From positions 72 through 64,071 of the forward strand of contig JBEKMT010000001.1 of assembly GCA_050008355.1 (NCBI GenBank): a stretch of 64,000 nucleotides of DNA, written 5' to 3'. Both the position numbers and the translations under genes were made by a program. Source of the DNA: Verrucomicrobiota bacterium. Lineage in GTDB: Bacteria; Verrucomicrobiota; Verrucomicrobiia; Limisphaerales; UBA11358. Each line of letters opens with the position of its first letter. Position 1 is the stretch's first letter. A model generated the notes under the pieces. It was not told where the DNA came from and did not search any database. It worked only from the letters and a program-made list of their open reading frames with translations. Of this stretch, positions 1 to 8,525 are shown piece after piece.

Positions 1-687
1 CGGATTATTCAAGCCATTGTAGCCGGTCTGGACAAATGGCCCAGGCAAAGGCGGATTTTGGGAAACTTGCTGCAAGCCATAGAAGGCGTCCAGACATTGG
101 CCATCATAATTCAAATCCATGCTGATGATGTACGGATTGCCCCAAGGATCGAGATACTGCAAATCCTGCCCGACCCCCGGCAGAGGAGTGCCGCCCTTGG
201 CCGGATCGTAGCCAGACATTTTCGCATTCAGGAAAAGCGTTCTCTGCGGATTCTTTTGATGGTTGGTATTGGCGGTGGAGGTGCCAAAAGCGGGATCCGG
301 ATAGTTGGTAATATCCATCAAAATCGCGATGACGTCTGAATTGCTGGGGATATAAGCACCCGCCACCGAAACCGGACTCGGCCAAAGGATTCCTGCTCCG
401 TTGGTATAAGTCCCACTGTAAGTGATGTCACCGCCCGTGGCCGCAGCAGCCAATTGGGCAGCGGGCGTCACCGGGAACCGTCCGTAGGCCGAATCATAAG
501 CCTGGATGGCCGTGGCAATGTCATTGGCCTGCACGCGGGCCTGGGTTTTCAGCGCGGTCAGTTTGACCCGGGACAGCACGGGCAGGAGCATTGAGGCCAG
601 AATGGCGATGATGGCAATCACCGTGAGCAGTTCCACCAGGGTGAAACCGGACTGAAACCGGCGCGGGCTGGACGATTTCTTCTTCAT
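1..687 (-). CDS. prepilin-type N-terminal cleavage/methylation domain protein (pseudopilin / type IV pilin-like); C-terminus runs off the window
   Basis: It is missing from the ORF track because it is open to the window edge. The frame from ATG at 687-685 down to nt 1 has no stop (checked triplet by triplet). The N-terminus MKKKSSSPRRFQSG|FTLVELLTVIAIIAILASMLLP has a basic leader, Gly-1, Phe+1, Glu+5 and a hydrophobic helix, which is a class III signal peptide. Confidence 0.85.
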   Translation of the reverse strand, partial: MKKKSSSPRRFQSGFTLVELLTVIAIIAILASMLLPVLSRVKLTALKTQARVQANDIATAIQAYDSAYGRFPVTPAAQLAAAATGGDITYSGTYTNGAGILWPSPVSVAGAYIPSNSDVIAILMDITNYPDPAFGTSTANTNHQKNPQRTLFLNAKMSGYDPAKGGTPLPGVGQDLQYLDPWGNPYIISMDLNYDGQCLDAFYGLQQVSQNPPLPGPFVQTGYNGLNNP

Positions 688-899
688 AAGCTTGTTAAAC
701 AGGGATTGGCGCCGGGCAGGATGCTCGAAAGACACCAATCGCGGCAACCGTTTTATGCAGCGCGACGGGCGGCGCGCGAGGCGGCGCTCAAGGCCATAGG
801 GCTGGCGAATCGCTGGCTGCCACCGGCAGTCATGCCATTCCACCGGCAACGTCAGTTTTCCGCCGTTCAATGCAATTGTGTCTTCGGTCGGCATATAAA

Positions 900-1619
900 T
901 CAAGGCATAGGGCTGTTGTGCAACACCCGCTGGCTCCAGTTACAAATGAGATAGTGATTGGGAGCGGAAGCAGTTGAGTTAATCGCGAGCTGCACCCACA
1001 AATCATACGAGTTGGGATTGTTCGTTCCCGGATAGACATAGCGAAAGGGATTGCCACCGATACCCGCCGGATTGTAATTCAAGTCCGGGCCGCCCACGGA
1101 CGTCACCAAATATGTGAAATTAATGCCGCTGCCATTCGTCGCCGTGGCCGTTTGGGTCGGCTTCAGACCGGGCAAAAAATCCTTGGCAAACGCCGTGTCT
1201 TCGCCACTGCCCTGAGTGCAATTCACAACGCCACCGATGTTAAATTGACTTTTATAATCAATGGCCTTAACCGAGGTAACGGAATCCAAAGTCTGATAAG
1301 TTCCGGCGGCACTATTAAGCGTGACACCGGATAATTCGTAGTACAACTGGTTGAGCATGGAATTGTCAGGATTGGACGGCGGATACACCCCGTGCGCGGC
1401 CTTGTAACTTTCCAGTGCCGTCTCGATTTGTTGGAGTTCAGCCTGAGCGGTGTTCTCTTTCTTGACGCGGGATACGTTGGTTGCCACCGGGAGGATCAGC
1501 GCTGCGAGCACGGCGATGATGGAAATCACGACGAGCAACTCCACCAGGGTGAAAGCTTCGCGCCGACGCTCATTCCGGTTCTGCCAATTCATATTCAAGG
1601 GTGTCATTTTTCGAGCCAT
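900..1619 (-). CDS. prepilin-type N-terminal cleavage/methylation domain protein (pseudopilin)
   Basis: The 239-aa ORF has an ATG start. Its N-terminus ...NRNERRREA|FTLVELLVVISIIAVLAALILP is a pilin-like methylation motif with Glu+5, but with Ala rather than Gly at -1. Confidence 0.85.
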   Translation of the reverse strand: MARKMTPLNMNWQNRNERRREAFTLVELLVVISIIAVLAALILPVATNVSRVKKENTAQAELQQIETALESYKAAHGVYPPSNPDNSMLNQLYYELSGVTLNSAAGTYQTLDSVTSVKAIDYKSQFNIGGVVNCTQGSGEDTAFAKDFLPGLKPTQTATATNGSGINFTYLVTSVGGPDLNYNPAGIGGNPFRYVYPGTNNPNSYDLWVQLAINSTASAPNHYLICNWSQRVLHNSPMP

Positions 1620-1632
1620 TATTCTCGAGCCA

Positions 1633-1908
1633 TTATTTCTCGCGCAGTTCCTGCTCCATCCGCTCGCTCAACCATTGCTTGACCATGCTTTGGTAATTCA
1701 AATACCGCGACCGGGCCAACCGCTTGATCCGAGCCAGCATCCGGGGGTCGAACCGCAAGGTCACGGTGACCGACTCGGAGGACTCCGCGTTCCCGGCGGT
1801 TGCCGCCTCCATCAACCGGAGGTCAGGCCGGTTCTCGCCCCAAAAATCCGCCTCCGCCTCCTCACTGTCGAAGAGCGGCACTTCCTCCCAATTTGCAAAC
1901 GTCCGCAT
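1633..1908 (-). CDS. brnA: BrnA-type antitoxin (CopG/RHH-like, COG3514 family)
   Basis: The 91-aa protein has the C-terminal segment VTLRFDPRMLARIKRLARSRYLNYQSMVKQWLSERM, typical of BrnA-family antitoxins. It lies 20 nt downstream of a DUF497-like ORF. Confidence 0.7.
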   Translation of the reverse strand: MRTFANWEEVPLFDSEEAEADFWGENRPDLRLMEAATAGNAESSESVTVTLRFDPRMLARIKRLARSRYLNYQSMVKQWLSERMEQELREK

Positions 1909-1928
1909 GACTCGTACTTTTACTAAGA

Positions 1929-2210
1929 TTAGGACAAATTCTGGTCCATTTTGCGCTGGTAAAAGAATCGTTCCTCAGGTTCAAAAGGTCGAGCCTGCAG
2001 CACGCGCACCTGGCGTCCATTGGTCCGGTAGACGCTGAATATGCCGATGCCACCCGCGGACATGCCGAGATTGAAAAATCGCGTCTGCACCCCGAATCGC
2101 GGGGAGTCCGGCAGCAGCCGAACGGCAAACGCATCTTCAAACGATTCCTCGATTTCCCGATGCGTCAAAGAGCCCATGTCGAATGGCGCATTGTTCCAAT
2201 CAAACTCCAT
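1929..2210 (-). CDS. brnT: BrnT-type toxin (DUF497 family ribonuclease toxin), divergent
   Basis: The 93-aa protein starts MEFDWN and contains ...GRQVRVLQARPFEPEERFFY, matching the DUF497 pattern (FEWD ... RIISARxAxxxExxxY). It sits upstream of brnA, as in BrnTA modules. Confidence 0.6.
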   Translation of the reverse strand: MEFDWNNAPFDMGSLTHREIEESFEDAFAVRLLPDSPRFGVQTRFFNLGMSAGGIGIFSVYRTNGRQVRVLQARPFEPEERFFYQRKMDQNLS

Positions 2211-2341
2211 AATGGCTCAATTGTAAACAATTCGCACATGCAATGTAACTACAATGTATTTACCAAACAGCAGCATACTTGTCAATAGTTCTTATCAATA
2301 GCTCTTCTGATTTCAGCTGAAACTGCCCGAGCAGACCCGAT

Positions 2342-3652
2342 TTATTCGCCTTTGCCGCCGCCAGAGTCCCCGGACATATTGCTAATCATCTGGATGAGAG
2401 GCAAAAACATCGCAATGACGATGCTACCGACGATTACGGCAAGAAAAATGATCATAATTGGCTCCAACAGGGAGGTCATGGCGGAAACCGCGTTATCGAC
2501 CTGTTCGTCATAGTCGTCGGCGATACGCATGAGCATTTCCGGCAAGGCGCCGGTTTGTTCGCCGACGTCCACCATGCTGACGACCATGGGTGGAAACACG
2601 CCGGAACCTTCCATGGGAGCGGTGATGGTCTCGCCTTCCTTGACGCTTTCATGAATCTTATTGACGGCGCCGGCGATAATGACATTGCCGGCCGTTTCGC
2701 GAACGATGGTCAGGGCCTGCAAAATGGGCACACCGCTGCTGACGAGCGTACCCAAGGTGCGGGTGAAACGGGAGATGGCCACCTTGCTGATGACGGGACC
2801 GAGGGCGGGCATGTGGAGTTTGAACTTATCCCAGAGATGACGTCCGAAATTGGTCTTGATGAACAACAGAAACGCGATCACGCACAGCGCCAGGACACCC
2901 GCCGTAGCCAGGATGTTGTTCTTAATGATATCGCTGACACCCATGACGAACAGGGTAAAACCAGGCAGCTTGAACCCCATGCCGGCAAATACGTCCTTGA
3001 ACTTGGGCACGACAAAGCACATGAGCAAAATCATGATGCCGATGGCGACGATCAACACGGCGATGGGATAAAAGAGTGCGGCCTTGACCTTGCCTTTGAT
3101 CTTTTGCGCCTTTTCGGAGAATTCCGCGAGCCGCTTGAGCACGACTTCGAGCACACCGCCGAGTTCGCCGGCCTTGACCATGTTGACAAAGAGGCGGTTG
3201 AAAACTTTAGGATGTTGCGCCAGGGCTTCCGAGAAGGTACTGCCACCTTCAATCGAAACGGCCAACTGGCCAAGAATATCCTTCAGCGTGGCATTGCGTT
3301 CCTGCTTCTCCAACACACGCAGCCCGCGCAACAGCGGCAGGCCGGCATCCACCAGCGTTGCCAGCTGGCGGGTGAAAGTCGTCAACACTTTTGGTTTCAC
3401 CTTCCCGCTGAGGAAGGGAATCTTGATGTTGATGTTCATCGCGGCACCCTTCTTGCCGGCTTTGGGTTTGGCGGCCTTGGCTTTTCCCTTCTTGGCGGGA
3501 GACTTATCCTCCTTGTCCGCCTCGGTGATCTTGGTCGGGAACAGGTTCATCTCCTTGACGCGCCCGATGGCCTCGTTCTGGCTGCCGACCTCGATGCTGC
3601 CCTTGGTTTCGTTCCCGCGGGAATCCAAAGCTACGTAATTATATCTGGGCAT
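2342..3652 (-). CDS. pilC: type IV pilus / T2SS platform protein (PilC/GspF family)
   Basis: The 436-aa protein has two T2SSF-like repeats (LATLVDAGLPLLRGLRVL... and LGTLVSSGVPILQALTIV...), three TM segments and the N-terminal Y-x-Y-x-A-x-D-x-x-G motif. Confidence 0.9.
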   Translation of the reverse strand: MPRYNYVALDSRGNETKGSIEVGSQNEAIGRVKEMNLFPTKITEADKEDKSPAKKGKAKAAKPKAGKKGAAMNINIKIPFLSGKVKPKVLTTFTRQLATLVDAGLPLLRGLRVLEKQERNATLKDILGQLAVSIEGGSTFSEALAQHPKVFNRLFVNMVKAGELGGVLEVVLKRLAEFSEKAQKIKGKVKAALFYPIAVLIVAIGIMILLMCFVVPKFKDVFAGMGFKLPGFTLFVMGVSDIIKNNILATAGVLALCVIAFLLFIKTNFGRHLWDKFKLHMPALGPVISKVAISRFTRTLGTLVSSGVPILQALTIVRETAGNVIIAGAVNKIHESVKEGETITAPMEGSGVFPPMVVSMVDVGEQTGALPEMLMRIADDYDEQVDNAVSAMTSLLEPIMIIFLAVIVGSIVIAMFLPLIQMISNMSGDSGGGKGE

Positions 3653-3664
3653 AACAAATACGGG

Positions 3665-5368
3665 TTAAGTGTATTTAACTACTTCTTCAATGGTTGTATC
3701 ACCGTCGAATATACTCCGCAAGCCGTCTTCGCGCAACGTGACCATGCCCAGTTCCACGGCTTTCTGGCGCACGACCACGGTGGGGGCGCGTTCATTGATC
3801 AAAGTACGGATGGCATCGCTGACGACCAGCAGCTCGTAAATGCCCTTGCGCCCCTTGTAACCGGTGTCGTTGCAAACGGAACAACCGCGTCCGTAATGAA
3901 AAACCTTATCGCCCAGGTCATGCGGCGAGAGGTTGAGCATGGCGAGCTGGTCCTCGGTCGGTTCAAAGGGTGTGCGGCAGTTTTTACAAGTGGTCCGCAC
4001 CAGGCGCTGCCCGAGCACGGCCATCAGGGTTGAAGAAATGAGGAAGGGTTCGACGCCCATGTCCACCAGACGGGTTACGGCACCCGGCGAATCGTTGGTG
4101 TGAAGGGTGCTCAAGACCAAGTGGCCGGTCAGCGACGCCTGGATGGAAATCTGGGCCGTTTCAAGGTCGCGCATTTCACCGACCATGATGATATCGGGAT
4201 CCTGACGCAAAAATGATTTCAACGCCTTGGCAAACGTCATCCCCGCCGCCTCGTTGATGGCCACCTGCATGATACCTTCGATATCGAATTCGACGGGATC
4301 CTCCGCGGTGAGCAATTTGGAATCGATTGTGTTAACCCGGCGCAGGCAGGAATACAGGGTCGTGGTTTTGCCCGAACCTGTCGGGCCGGTGACCACGAAG
4401 ATCCCATTGGGGCGCTGGATGACTTCGCTCACGAATTCGTGAACATATTTCGGAAAACCAAGCGCCTCGAGCTCAAGGTTCACCGAGCCGCGATCCAACA
4501 CGCGCAGCACGACCGATTCGCCGAACGCGGTGGGGAGGGTGCTGACGCGCAAATCGACCTGGCGGTTGTTGATGTGGTGGGTGATGCGCCCGTCCTGCGG
4601 CAGTCTTTTTTCCGAGATGTTCAACCCCGCCATGACCTTGATACGCGAAATCACCGGCAGGGAGAGATATTTTGGCGGGGGCGCCATTTCATAGAGGGCG
4701 CCGTCGACGCGATACCGGATGCGAAACTCGGTTTCGAAGGGTTCGAAGTGAATGTCGGAGGCGCGGTCGATCACGGCCTGTTGCAAGACGAGGTTGACGA
4801 ACTTTACGATGGGGACCTCATTGGCCAGCGCTTCGGCGGCCCGGGCGTCATCGGCGGCCTCGTCCACCTCGCGGGCGATATTTTTGTCCGCACCGATCTC
4901 CTTGAGGATTTCGGAGAAACTTTCGCTTTCCTGCTGACCGTAAAAGCGTTCAATGGCCTTCTGAATGTCGGCCGGGTCGGCCACGACGACCTGCACATCG
5001 CGCTTGATGGCAAATTGGATTTCATCCGGGCGGGACGGATCGAGAGGTTCGGCCAGGGCAATCTGCACCGAGCCGTTTTTCGTGCCGACCGGCAAACAGT
5101 TATACATCTGGGCGACTTTGACGGGAACCAGATTGAGTACTTCCTGCGGAATCTCGCGGTCGCGCAAAGACACCACCTCGGTCCCCAGCGCGTGGGCCTC
5201 GGTTTGCAAGATATCCTCCAGCTTCATGATGCCGAAGTCCTGCAAAATCTGGATCACCGGCGTGGCATTGCGCTTGAACTCGGCGACGACGCCTTCAAAT
5301 TGCAAATCATCAATCATCCCCTGCTCTTGGATCAGGTTCAGCAACGGACTGGAAACTTCTTCGGGCAT
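3665..5368 (-). CDS. pilB: type IV pilus assembly ATPase (PilB/GspE family)
   Basis: The 567-aa protein has an N-terminal T2SSE_N-like domain, Walker [11 protein letters not shown], Walker B/Asp box IMVGEMRD, His box [14 protein letters not shown] and a tetracysteine CKNC...CSVC motif. Confidence 0.9.
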   Translation of the reverse strand: MPEEVSSPLLNLIQEQGMIDDLQFEGVVAEFKRNATPVIQILQDFGIMKLEDILQTEAHALGTEVVSLRDREIPQEVLNLVPVKVAQMYNCLPVGTKNGSVQIALAEPLDPSRPDEIQFAIKRDVQVVVADPADIQKAIERFYGQQESESFSEILKEIGADKNIAREVDEAADDARAAEALANEVPIVKFVNLVLQQAVIDRASDIHFEPFETEFRIRYRVDGALYEMAPPPKYLSLPVISRIKVMAGLNISEKRLPQDGRITHHINNRQVDLRVSTLPTAFGESVVLRVLDRGSVNLELEALGFPKYVHEFVSEVIQRPNGIFVVTGPTGSGKTTTLYSCLRRVNTIDSKLLTAEDPVEFDIEGIMQVAINEAAGMTFAKALKSFLRQDPDIIMVGEMRDLETAQISIQASLTGHLVLSTLHTNDSPGAVTRLVDMGVEPFLISSTLMAVLGQRLVRTTCKNCRTPFEPTEDQLAMLNLSPHDLGDKVFHYGRGCSVCNDTGYKGRKGIYELLVVSDAIRTLINERAPTVVVRQKAVELGMVTLREDGLRSIFDGDTTIEEVVKYT

Positions 5369-5374
5369 GAAAAA

Positions 5375-6481
5375 TTATTTCTTTTGACGGCCCTGCTCCA
5401 CCGCGGCCGCGAGGTCGAGTTCCTGGAGTTTGGACATGATGGTGGTGGGATCCTGTGACTTGTTAATGACTTCTTCGCGGGCAATCCAGCCTTTGATGTA
5501 TTGGTCGATCAACCACGAGTCCAGGGTCACCATGCCATATTTTGATCCGGTTTGGATGTCGGATTGGATACGGAAGGTTTTATTATCGCGGATGAGCGCG
5601 GCGATGGAGGGGGTATTGACCATGATTTCAAACGCGGCCACGCGGCCCGGCTTGTCAATGCGCGGAATGAGCAACTGCGAAATCACCGCCTGCAAGACAG
5701 TGGAGAGCTGGATGCGAACCATTTCCTGCTGGTTCGTGGGGAAGGCATTGGTCAGACGGTCAATGGTCTTGGCCGCACCGGTGGTGTGCAGGGTGCCGAA
5801 AACCAAGTGGCCCGTTTCCGCCGCGGTGATGGCGGCTTCAATGGTTTCCAAGTCACGCATTTCGCCGACGAGGATCATGTCCGGGTCCTGCCGCAAGGCG
5901 CGGCGCAAGGCTTCGGCGAAATTCGGCACGTCGACGTGGACTTCGCGCTGGGTGATGAGGGCCTTCTTGTGTTTGTGATAATACTCGATCGGGTCTTCAA
6001 TGGTGATGAGGTGAACTTCATCGCGCGTCTCATTGACGATGTTCAAGAGCGAGGCGAGAGTGGTTGACTTGCCGGAACCGGTCGGGCCGGTAACGAGAAT
6101 CAGACCGCGCGGCTTGAACAAAAGCTCCTTCACCGATTCCGGCAGGCCAATTTGCTCGAAGGTGAGCATCTTGCTGGGGATCTGGCGGAGCACCATGCCG
6201 AAATTTCCCTTTTCCTTGAACACGCTCACGCGAAAACGCGCGGCATCACCGAAAGCGAAGGCGAAGTCCGCACCGCCGCGCTCGCGCACCTGCTGGATGT
6301 GTTCCTCGGAGGTAATGCTGCGCATCAATTCCTCGGCGGATTCCGGGGTGAGGGAGGGCCCCTCAACACGGTGCAGAATACCGTGCACGCGAATCGTCGG
6401 CGCCGTGCCGACACGGACGTGCAAATCGGACGCACCTTCGGACACCACCAACTGCAATAGGTCGGACATCGAGTAGGACAT
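5375..6481 (-). CDS. pilT: type IV pilus retraction ATPase PilT
   Basis: The 368-aa protein contains GASDLHV, Walker [30 protein letters not shown] and AAFEIMV, which are PilT-type motifs. It has no N-terminal T2SSE_N domain. Confidence 0.92.
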   Translation of the reverse strand: MSYSMSDLLQLVVSEGASDLHVRVGTAPTIRVHGILHRVEGPSLTPESAEELMRSITSEEHIQQVRERGGADFAFAFGDAARFRVSVFKEKGNFGMVLRQIPSKMLTFEQIGLPESVKELLFKPRGLILVTGPTGSGKSTTLASLLNIVNETRDEVHLITIEDPIEYYHKHKKALITQREVHVDVPNFAEALRRALRQDPDMILVGEMRDLETIEAAITAAETGHLVFGTLHTTGAAKTIDRLTNAFPTNQQEMVRIQLSTVLQAVISQLLIPRIDKPGRVAAFEIMVNTPSIAALIRDNKTFRIQSDIQTGSKYGMVTLDSWLIDQYIKGWIAREEVINKSQDPTTIMSKLQELDLAAAVEQGRQKK

Positions 6482-6576
6482 AAAAAATCAAATAAACCGG
6501 CGGGCAGCCGTCGCCGGGAAGGCGATCACGGCCGCGGTGGTTGTGCGCATCGTCATACTATCTTTCACCGGGTGGC

Positions 6577-8283
6577 TCATGCTTCATCGCCGACCGTCGC
6601 GCGGATGACCTCTTCCGGGGTCGTCAGGCCGGCGAGCACTTTGCGGATGCCGTCCTCGCGCAAGGTACGCATGCCCATTTCGCGGGCGCGCTGGCGCAAC
6701 ACACTGGTGGGCACGCGATCGTAAATCAGTTTGCGCCCCTCATCATCCACGACGAAAATTTCAAAGATGCCGAAACGCCCGCGGTTGCCGGAATTGTTGC
6801 AATTGTTGCAGCCGCGGCCTTTCTGGATGTTCGCGTTTTTCAAATCATCCGTCGTGATGCCGAGCACGCGCATTTCCGCCTCGGTTGGCTCGTAAGGGGC
6901 GGCGCATTTCTTGCAAATTTTGCGGACGAGGCGCTGGGCCATGAGGCAGCGGGTGGAGGAGGCAATCAAAAACGGTTTCACGCCAATATCCACCAAACGG
7001 GTGACCGCGCCGGGGGCGTCGTTGGTATGAAGCGTGGAAAATACGAGGTGACCGGTGAGGGAGGCATTAATGGCGATGGACGCGGTTTCCAGGTCACGAA
7101 TTTCCCCGATCATCACGATGTTCGGCGCCTGGCGCAAGATGGCGCGCAAGGCGGAGGCGAACGAGAAACCCACCTGATCGTTGACCTGCACCTGGTTGAT
7201 GCCGGCCAGGACATACTCGACCGGGTCTTCAACGGTGATGATTTTGCGGTCCGGCCGGTTGATGAAATTCAAGCAGGAATAAAGCGTCGTCGTCTTGCCG
7301 GAACCGGTGGGTCCGGTCACGAGCAGAATTCCATCCGGCAAAGCGATGATGCGTTCGAAGGTCGCCTGGTCGTCGCTCAAAAATCCGAGTTCCGGCAGAC
7401 CAAGCCGCAGGCCTTCCTTGTCCAAAATACGCATCACGATGCTTTCGCCGTGGTTCGTGGGCAGACAGGACACGCGCAAGTCGATCATTTTGGTACCGAC
7501 TTTTGACTGGATGCGTCCGTCCTGCGGCACACGATGTTCGGAGATGATCATGCCGGCCTGAATTTTGAGCCGGGCGATGATGGCCGACTGCAACTGCTTG
7601 GGAGGGGATTTCATCTCCTGCAAGATGCCGTCAATCCGGTAGCGCAGGCGAAATCGTTTGCCGAGCGGTTCGAGGTGAATATCCGAGGCGCGGATTTTGA
7701 AGGCCTCCACGATGATCTGGTTGACCAACCGGATCAGGGGCGCGTCCGCGTCGACATCCGCACCGTCGTCGGCGTTCTTGATTTCGACGTTGTCCTGGGT
7801 GAGTTCCTGAATGACGTCCTTGAAGGCCCCGTCGGCCATCGCCTTTTTGTCGCCGCCGTAGTATTTGTTGAGCGCCTGTTCGATGTCCGGTTCGGACGCG
7901 ACGCGCAATTCGATTTCGGCGTGCAAAAGGTGGGTCAGCGAATCAATCGTGTTCAAGTCCGACGGATCGGAGATGGCAACGACCACTTTATCCTCGGTCC
8001 GGAAAACGGGAATGACGCGATATTTTTTGGCGACGTCCCGGGGAACGATGGAAATGACGTCGTCCTCAATCTTCATCCCACTGAGCGTCACGACTTCCGC
8101 GCCGAATTGGGCCGCCTTGGCCTGGGTCACGTCAGCAGGCCGGATCACCTTGTTGGCCACGAGCAGATCCACGACGCCCACGCCGGCGGCGGTGGCCTCC
8201 TCGCGGGCCTTGGCAACCACTTCAGAGTTGGTGAACCCGAGGTCAACCAGAAGGTCCAGTAAATAATCGTCTTTTTCTGCCAC
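6577..8283 (-). CDS. second PilB/GspE-family secretion/assembly ATPase
   Basis: The 568-aa protein has a T2SSE_N-like N-terminus, [32 protein letters not shown] and the tetracysteine CKKC...CNNC. It is clearly paralogous to 3665..5368. Confidence 0.9.
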   Translation of the reverse strand: MAEKDDYLLDLLVDLGFTNSEVVAKAREEATAAGVGVVDLLVANKVIRPADVTQAKAAQFGAEVVTLSGMKIEDDVISIVPRDVAKKYRVIPVFRTEDKVVVAISDPSDLNTIDSLTHLLHAEIELRVASEPDIEQALNKYYGGDKKAMADGAFKDVIQELTQDNVEIKNADDGADVDADAPLIRLVNQIIVEAFKIRASDIHLEPLGKRFRLRYRIDGILQEMKSPPKQLQSAIIARLKIQAGMIISEHRVPQDGRIQSKVGTKMIDLRVSCLPTNHGESIVMRILDKEGLRLGLPELGFLSDDQATFERIIALPDGILLVTGPTGSGKTTTLYSCLNFINRPDRKIITVEDPVEYVLAGINQVQVNDQVGFSFASALRAILRQAPNIVMIGEIRDLETASIAINASLTGHLVFSTLHTNDAPGAVTRLVDIGVKPFLIASSTRCLMAQRLVRKICKKCAAPYEPTEAEMRVLGITTDDLKNANIQKGRGCNNCNNSGNRGRFGIFEIFVVDDEGRKLIYDRVPTSVLRQRAREMGMRTLREDGIRKVLAGLTTPEEVIRATVGDEA

Positions 8284-8525
8284 GAGATTAATTCAGCGCC
8301 AGCCAACTATTGGATTAAGGGATGGCACGCTGCGAAAAGGTTTCACTTGTGCCTGCAAAAGTCAATGCAGACAAGAAATATTTTAACGGTGGAAGGCCGG
8401 TGGGCGTCCGGAATGGCGAGCTTCGAGCCACCACATGTCGGCGATACTTTGTTGTGCCGGCAGGCCCACCACGCGAATTCTGGCGGAGGAGTAAAGTCGA
8501 AGGCCCGGCATCGCACCGGTTTAAT

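Noticed and set aside
2555-4033. Long antisense ORFs inside well-supported genes. Examples are 2555..4033 (+, 492 aa), 4439..5458 (+), 6541..7506 (+), 10299..11819 (+, 506 aa), 20929..21942 (-), 49080..50078 (-), 53567..54412 (-) and 61714..62475 (-).
   Set aside because: Each lies entirely opposite a gene with unambiguous catalytic motifs. Their translations are Gly/Arg/His/Asp/Ala-rich with no motifs. This is typical of shadow ORFs in GC-biased coding DNA.
8326-8345. The TGGCAC-containing sequence (ggatggcacgctgcgaaaagg) as a possible sigma-54 -24/-12 promoter. Similar TGGCAC hits occur near 18176 and 42424.
   Set aside because: None has the TTGC(A/T) -12 element at the correct 5-nt spacing. 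The orientation does not face a downstream gene, and one hit is inside coding sequence.
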